Shown: positions 59,077 to 64,000 of the stretch, in pieces
Numbering within the stretch: position 1 is the first letter of the stretch
Layout: each line of letters starts with the position of its first letter
Source of the DNA: an uncultured Candidatus Saccharibacteria bacterium
GTDB taxonomy: Bacteria > Patescibacteriota > Minisyncoccia > Phycocordibacterales > UBA9973
Reading direction: 5' to 3'
Assembly: GCA_964624665.1 (NCBI GenBank)
Contig: CAZUZG010000001.1
Coordinates: forward strand, 7,310 to 71,309
Length of the DNA: 64,000 bases
Notes under the pieces: generated by a model
Database searches by the model: none
The model's input: only the letters and a program-made list of their open reading frames with translations
Told to the model about the DNA's origin: nothing
Position numbers and translations under genes: made by a program

Positions 59077-59289
59077 TTAATTTCTTGTATTTGTATTTGA
59101 AGCAATAATTTTCGCTTCCATCTCTTTTAACTTGGCATCCATTTTATCGCTGTTTCTCGAACTGACCGCCCAAATAGCAGCCGGAATCCAACCAATTAAA
59201 GTGCATTGAAGTATAAGACAGACAATACCTCTAAGAATTTTTCCATTTATTAGAAAAGAAAGCCATGGGAATAAGATTGCTAATAACAT
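59077..59289 (-). CDS. YqaE/Pmp3-family small proteolipid membrane protein
   Basis: LLAILFPWLSFLINGKILRGIVCLILQCTLIGWIPAAIWAV matches the UPF0057 two-TM pattern. Confidence 0.6.
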   Translation of the reverse strand: MLLAILFPWLSFLINGKILRGIVCLILQCTLIGWIPAAIWAVSSRNSDKMDAKLKEMEAKIIASNTNTRN

Positions 59290-59562
59290 AAAATTTGATT
59301 TTTTTCACTCACCTACTCATTGGCTTTTCGGCATTCGCCCCGTACTCTTTTATAAAAAGGATTTTCCGGTATTCCCTTGTTTATGGAGAATTAATTTTTT
59401 GCTACATGCAAAAAATTAAGCCCTGATAATGAAATCGAATGTATGTTAAAAATATCAAAATCACAATAAATTGATTAAAAAATTAAAAAAAACAGCTGTT
59501 TGCTTTACAAAAACACTTTCATTTGGAAAATGTTTACCTTTAAAGGAAATTAAATCAGAACG

Positions 59563-60216
59563 ATGCCAAGTAAAAAAATACCCAAAAATTATCAAGATTT
59601 TGACGTAGAGGAAGACGGTATAATTGCCAATGAATCCATTGTTAAGTATGACTCAAACGCAAATATTAAGAGGCCCAAAATAACTAATGGCGGCTTCCAA
59701 ATTAATATTCTTAAAGGTAAAATTGGACAAATTGTAGTTGAAAGTGTTTTGAATAATTTCAATTATCAAACATTCGCCTTTGGCTACGAGCATATTGTTA
59801 ATTCCACAACATTAAGCAAACTTGATTGGAAAAAGGAGGATGACAATACATCTAAACTTAGAATTAATCCGGATATATTGGTACTGAATGAAGAGAAAGG
59901 GCTGTTAATGCCCGTTGAAGTAAAATCGATTTTCAAGAATGATCGCGATAAACTTAATCTTACTAAAGTTAAATTTGAGATGTATCGTAAAAACTGGCCT
60001 CATGCTATTTTAGCAATATTCCACTATCAAACTTTTAAAATCTATTGTGAAGAATTTTGCAAGATTGAAGCAATAGATTCAACTAAGAAAATTGGCGAAG
60101 TTGAAATAAATTATCTAGGTCTTAAAAGCCTTTGCCATTTTTTTCCTGAGATTAAAGACGAAGCTCTAAACAACTATCTTAATATGATTTCAAAAGAAAT
60201 TTTCAAAGTAGAATAG
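59563..60216 (+). CDS. PD-(D/E)xK-fold nuclease (putative type II restriction endonuclease)
   Basis: 217 aa. NPDILVLNEEKGLLMPVEVKS is a canonical PD-x14-E-V-K arrangement. Convergent with the ATPase/MTase operon. Confidence 0.55.
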   Translation: MPSKKIPKNYQDFDVEEDGIIANESIVKYDSNANIKRPKITNGGFQINILKGKIGQIVVESVLNNFNYQTFAFGYEHIVNSTTLSKLDWKKEDDNTSKLRINPDILVLNEEKGLLMPVEVKSIFKNDRDKLNLTKVKFEMYRKNWPHAILAIFHYQTFKIYCEEFCKIEAIDSTKKIGEVEINYLGLKSLCHFFPEIKDEALNNYLNMISKEIFKVE

Positions 60217-60218
60217 AT

Positions 60219-61514
60219 CTAAAGCCGCCTGTTTCGATTTTTCAAATGCTCTTCTATCTCATCTTTATTCCTTGCATATTGCATCCGAGAAAATCTTATT
60301 ACATCATCCTTAAATGAAATATCTCTTTCAGGTATGGGCAAAGTTCTTGCACTAAATGGCCTGGAAGTCATTCCGTCAATCATTAGTTTTAAATATATGG
60401 AATGATTAGGTAAGTTTGCCAAGTCTTGTACGCCAAATACCGGTTTAAATTCATGTTCTAAATACCCAGCATCTTCTGCGCCAACTCTAAATGAAATAAT
60501 GGTTCCGGTATTGCCAAAAACTGCTGTTCTAATTTTCTCATGTAATTGCCCTACATACTGGTGCGCCAAGAGCAAGGATAAACCATACTTGCGGGCTTCC
60601 GAAAGAATATCACCAAAAGATAGATTGGCAAAAGAGCTGAACTCGTCTACATACAGATAAAAAGGCTTTCGCTCATGTTCTGCTTGATCAGCCCGCCGCA
60701 AGGCTGCAAGCTGCAATGTTGTAACAAACATCCCGCCCAAAAGCGCAGTGTTATCCTCCCCAATTTTTCCCTTTGAAAGATTAGCAATAAATATTTTCCC
60801 TTCATCCATTATGTTTTGAATCCGGAAGCTTCTTGATTCCTGGCCGACAATATTTCTAAGCGGTGGGCTTGATAAAAATTGTCCCATTTTATTTAAAATC
60901 GGCGCAACTGCTTCACTCTGCAACCAAGGTGAATATTTTTCAAATTCTCCCTGCCAAAAGGCTTTGATATATGGATTAGTTAATCGGCCAACAACTTTAT
61001 CTCGGAAAACCTTATCGGTTAAAAGTATTGGAATATCAAGCAATGTACTACGTGGGTTTTCCAATAAAGTAAATAAAGTATTTCTTAATATGTGTTCCAA
61101 TCTTGGTCCCCAAAATTCAAACCATATCTTTTTAAAAGTTGAAATTAATCCGGAAACTAATAAATGATGATTATCTGGGTGCACATTCCCCAGTGGATTA
61201 TATGCCATTGGAAAATCCAAATCCCCGGCATTGAAATATATGACATCAGCAATTCTTTCTTGTGGTACATGATTCAGTATTTCTTCAGACAAATCTCCAT
61301 GCGGATCAATCAACCCAATCCCCTTTCCTTTTTTAATATCAGAGATAACCATATTAGCTATAAGTGTTGATTTACCAACACCAGTCTTTCCCACAACATA
61401 GATATGTCCACTTCGGTCTTTGTCCTTGATACCGAAAACATCTTTAGTATTTCTATAATCGGTTGTACCGAAGTGGGTGACCGAATCAATATTCTCATTT
61501 TTGTTTTCATTCAT
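60219..61514 (-). CDS. HerA/FtsK/TraD-like (DUF87-type) P-loop ATPase, 431 aa; paralog of the ATPase core in 9415..12462
   Basis: Walker A HIYVVGKTGVGKSTL; KGKGIGLIDPHGDL; Walker B KPFYLYVDEFSSF; LSLLLAHQYVGQL. Alignable over ~330 aa with the 1015-aa protein. 7-nt gap to the upstream MTase gene. Confidence 0.7.
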   Translation of the reverse strand: MNENKNENIDSVTHFGTTDYRNTKDVFGIKDKDRSGHIYVVGKTGVGKSTLIANMVISDIKKGKGIGLIDPHGDLSEEILNHVPQERIADVIYFNAGDLDFPMAYNPLGNVHPDNHHLLVSGLISTFKKIWFEFWGPRLEHILRNTLFTLLENPRSTLLDIPILLTDKVFRDKVVGRLTNPYIKAFWQGEFEKYSPWLQSEAVAPILNKMGQFLSSPPLRNIVGQESRSFRIQNIMDEGKIFIANLSKGKIGEDNTALLGGMFVTTLQLAALRRADQAEHERKPFYLYVDEFSSFANLSFGDILSEARKYGLSLLLAHQYVGQLHEKIRTAVFGNTGTIISFRVGAEDAGYLEHEFKPVFGVQDLANLPNHSIYLKLMIDGMTSRPFSARTLPIPERDISFKDDVIRFSRMQYARNKDEIEEHLKNRNRRL

Positions 61515-61521
61515 ATATTAT

Positions 61522-62514
61522 TTAAAATTTTGTAGAGCTAATAATTGCGACCATGATTTCTCGAATAACATTTACCGTAACTGCATTTCCTAAACACTTG
61601 TATCTCTGTGTATCGCTTACACCCTCGGTCCAGCCATCAGGAAACCCTTGCAATCGCTCGCACTCAGTCGGAGTGAAATAGCGCAATTTCATTCCATCAA
61701 CTGTTCCTTGAGACATGCTTGTGGTTAAAGTGTGTGTCTTATCTTTAATTACCCTGCCATGCCTTGTTTTACTACGGGGATAATCATAGGAAATACCATC
61801 TCCTTTTGTAGCGTATGTAAAGCCACCCTTTTTAGTGGCTTCAAATATTCTTAGTCTTTTCTTTTGTACCGGGATACGGATATAACCTCCATTGGACTGC
61901 GCCCCGTAATAGCGTGCTGTGAGTGTGGGCACAACAATATTCTTTTTGTCGCTCTTTCCGAAAGGAAATACTTTGGGTCTGCCGGTTCCTCTAAGATGTC
62001 CAATAATAAAGACTCTTTCTCTGTTCTGTGGAACTCCGAAATTCTTGCTGTTAAGCACTTGCCATTGCACGTCATACCCCAATTCAACAAGCGAGGTAAT
62101 GATGGTTTTAAAAGTTTTTCCGTTGTTGTGAGAAAGCAATCCTTTAACATTTTCAAGGAAGACAAGTCGAGGTTTTTTTGCTCGCAGTATTCTCGCAATT
62201 TCAAAAAAGACTTCCCCTCTGGAATCTTCAAACCCTTTTCTTTTCCCAGCAATGCTAAAAGCTTGGCAAGGAAACCCTCCAACGAGCAAATCGAAATCTG
62301 GGAGTTCCGATGTTTTGATTTTTGTGACATCTCCATAGTTTTTGTGATTACCAAAATGCCTTTCGTAAATGCAGGCTGCGTGCTTATCGATTTCCGCGTA
62401 ACCAACACAATCAAATTGTCGCCTTTTCTTAAAACTAACCTGAACAATTTTTAATGCTTGTTGTATGCCCAATTCAAAGCCCCCAATACCGCTGAATAAC
62501 GATAAATATTTCAT
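61522..62514 (-). CDS. dcm: DNA (cytosine-5)-methyltransferase
   Basis: Motif I LFSGIGGFELG; motif IV GFPCQAFSIAG; motif VI LVFLENVKGL; motif VIII QNRERVFIIG; motif IX/X TPTECERLQGFPDGWT...GNAVTVNV. Confidence 0.9.
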   Translation of the reverse strand: MKYLSLFSGIGGFELGIQQALKIVQVSFKKRRQFDCVGYAEIDKHAACIYERHFGNHKNYGDVTKIKTSELPDFDLLVGGFPCQAFSIAGKRKGFEDSRGEVFFEIARILRAKKPRLVFLENVKGLLSHNNGKTFKTIITSLVELGYDVQWQVLNSKNFGVPQNRERVFIIGHLRGTGRPKVFPFGKSDKKNIVVPTLTARYYGAQSNGGYIRIPVQKKRLRIFEATKKGGFTYATKGDGISYDYPRSKTRHGRVIKDKTHTLTTSMSQGTVDGMKLRYFTPTECERLQGFPDGWTEGVSDTQRYKCLGNAVTVNVIREIMVAIISSTKF

Positions 62515-62592
62515 AGTAGGTTTAGAAGAACTATTTTTTTCCTTTCATTCTCGACCTAAACAAAATAGTATCTCTTTGAAAAATATATTGGC

Positions 62593-62632
62593 AGTAGTGG
62601 GAATTTTGCTTTAAAGCAAAATTCCCACTACT
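62593..62632. promoter_or_regulatory. 40-bp perfect palindrome AGTAGTGGGAATTTTGCTTT|AAAGCAAAATTCCCACTACT in the divergent intergenic region upstream of the MTase operon
   Basis: Read directly, zero mismatches. ~80 bp upstream of the dcm start and ~185 bp upstream of the small + strand ORF. Confidence 0.6.
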
Positions 62633-62816
62633 TAACTCCTTCTCGATTGTAAGGATAATAGAACCCGGATTAAGTTCTTTCGGGTGATTTAATAATCAAG
62701 CCTTTATCCGACAAAAGCTACACATGTCGAAGTGATTTCAAAAAAGGGAGTAGTTCGGCTGCTTCCTTTTTTGAAATCAACCACGTCTATTAACAAATAA
62801 AAGGAGAAATGATAGT

Positions 62817-63086
62817 ATGAAAAAGTTACACAAAAGCCACAATGATACAAAAGAACTTGAACCTAAAGAGGGGCAACAGGGGCTTTTGTGTAACAACAAA
62901 GTATCATCCAGTTGTCCCTCTTTGGGTTTTGAGAAATTAGAAATTACTCCTGAAAGGATAAGGACATTTTGCGACTTAGGCATTACCCTTAAAAAAATTC
63001 ACACTAGGCTTTTAATGGAGGGATTTAAGTTTGAGGACGGAAAAATAATTGAACCCAATGAAAGAAAACAAAATCGAATTGAATAA
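62817..63086 (+). CDS. Small hypothetical protein (89 aa) overlapping the recombinase start; possible regulator or directionality factor
   Basis: ORF only. Lys/Glu-rich. Confidence 0.3.
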   Translation: MKKLHKSHNDTKELEPKEGQQGLLCNNKVSSSCPSLGFEKLEITPERIRTFCDLGITLKKIHTRLLMEGFKFEDGKIIEPNERKQNRIE

Positions 63087-64000
63087 AAAATTCTCAGAGT
63101 GCTATTTCATTTACACACGAAAAAGCACCGATGATTCAGAAAATCAAAAAAACTCCATCGCGTATCAGGTGCTAGAAAATAAAAAATTTTCTGACAAAGA
63201 GAACATCAAAATTGCTCAAATAAACATTGAGGGATTTTGCACTAATGGAATTATTGAAGAACATCATTCTGGTTACAAGCAGGATGATAGTTTTGAATCA
63301 AATGATAATGGGACAATCACCTATAAAGTTCTAAGGCCAAAATTCCTTACGTTAATAAACTTCTTGAGGAGTAAAAAAATTAAAGGTGTAGTCTGCCTAT
63401 GTTGGGACAGATTAAGTAGAAATGAATCGGATGATGTAATAATTAAAAAACTAATTACTCAAGGAATTGATGTACGCTTTGTCCAGGCTAATTATGAAGA
63501 CAGTAGCTCCGGTGCTTTACACATGGATATAGACGGAATGTTCTCAAGGCATTACTCACGGGTTATAAGCGAAAAAGTAAAAGCAAGCTACAAAAAATTA
63601 AGGAGCGAAGGACGATGTCTTTATGCTGCTCCAATAGGATACTTAAATAAAGGGTCTGACGATAAACCCCTTGACCCAAAAAGAGCCCCCATTGTTAAAC
63701 AGATATTTGAGCTATATGCAACAGGGCAATGGAGTTTTATCTCACTCTCAAAGTGGGCAAACAAACAAGGATTAACAACAAAACCCTTACGCCGAAAAAG
63801 AACAAAAGAAGAAAAAGCAAATGGAATGGAATTAGAAAAGATTCCAAAAATAAACAAGGCTATTACAGCAAAGACAATTGAAAATATTCTAAAAAACCCT
63901 TTTTATACCGGTAAAATTGTTGCCAATGGCGCTATAATCGACAGCAAGGTCCATCAAGCCCTAATTGATACTAATCTATTTTACCAGGTGCAATCCTCAC
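63058..64000 (+). CDS. Large serine recombinase, 3'-partial (runs off the window)
   Basis: MKENKIELNKKFSECYFIYTRKSTDDSENQ (catalytic Ser region) ... VVCLCWDRLSRNESDD ... recombinase domain ..LYAAPIGYLNKGSD..IVKQIFELYATGQWSF. The start coordinate is uncertain by +/-1 because of a one-base discrepancy near 63000 between my reading and the ORF track. Confidence 0.8.
   Translation, partial: MKENKIELNKKFSECYFIYTRKSTDDSENQKNSIAYQVLENKKFSDKENIKIAQINIEGFCTNGIIEEHHSGYKQDDSFESNDNGTITYKVLRPKFLTLINFLRSKKIKGVVCLCWDRLSRNESDDVIIKKLITQGIDVRFVQANYEDSSSGALHMDIDGMFSRHYSRVISEKVKASYKKLRSEGRCLYAAPIGYLNKGSDDKPLDPKRAPIVKQIFELYATGQWSFISLSKWANKQGLTTKPLRRKRTKEEKANGMELEKIPKINKAITAKTIENILKNPFYTGKIVANGAIIDSKVHQALIDTNLFYQVQSS

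Noticed and set aside
59563-60216. Vsr (very-short-patch repair endonuclease) partner of Dcm
   Set aside because: Lacks the Vsr FxHGCFWH motif and is about 60 aa longer. It has a classical PD…EVK restriction-enzyme core instead.
61851-62454. 198-aa minus and 196-aa plus ORFs overlapping dcm
   Set aside because: dcm carries every canonical C5-MTase motif in its own frame. The overlapping frames are spurious.
62995-63005. Apparent one-base discrepancy between the printed sequence and the ORF-track translation (…KKIHTRLL…) near 63000
   Set aside because: Probably my own counting or reading ambiguity in an A-run. It only affects coordinates to the right of it by +/-1 and is not treated as a biological frameshift.
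1-64000. CRISPR array, rRNA genes, reverse transcriptase (retron or group II intron)
   Set aside because: No regularly spaced short direct repeats. No rRNA-like conserved stretches. No ORF with a YxDD/RT motif 1-7 layout.

Overview
AT-rich (~33-35% GC) Bacteroidota-type accessory region, judged from T9SS C-terminal sorting domains, SprB/Ig-like repeat proteins, abundant lipoproteins and the absence of Shine-Dalgarno sequences. It is densely packed with mobilome and conflict genes. Left part, 1-24 kb: toxin-antitoxin modules (PemK/MazF-like partial, HicB-HicA, SymE-like); a 3-gene minus-strand cassette with a putative PD-(D/E)xK nuclease and a membrane protein; an XRE/Rep-like/RuvC-like module bracketed by a 16-bp direct repeat; a 5-gene minus-strand operon containing a J-domain membrane protein, a 1015-aa HerA/FtsK/TraD-like P-loop ATPase, a lipoprotein and an alpha/beta-hydrolase; an HNH protein; a RelA/SpoT-like (toxSAS-like) gene overlapped by a degenerate SNase-like small gene that has a second paralog; and a large serine recombinase followed by a duplicated remnant of a recombinase 3' end. 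Centre, 24-58 kb: an NHL-repeat T9SS protein, an IS transposase remnant, and a ~27-kb surface/toxin cluster. The cluster holds a 3241-aa RHS protein with SprB repeats, a poly-Pro linker, YD repeats, an RHS core and an HExxH C-terminal toxin followed by an immunity gene; a 1288-aa secreted protein; a SpvB/TcB-like 1922-aa protein; OmpH; a 1937-aa beta-helix/Ig-repeat adhesin with a type B T9SS C-terminal domain; and OmpA. Right part, 58-64 kb: XRE, a YqaE/Pmp3 proteolipid, a restriction-modification-like cluster (Dcm C5 methyltransferase, a second HerA-like ATPase, a convergent PD-(D/E)xK nuclease), a 40-bp perfect palindrome, and a second large serine recombinase that runs off the window. No rRNA, tRNA, tmRNA or CRISPR array was recognisable by eye. 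All functional calls rest on motifs read by eye and need HMM or structure confirmation.
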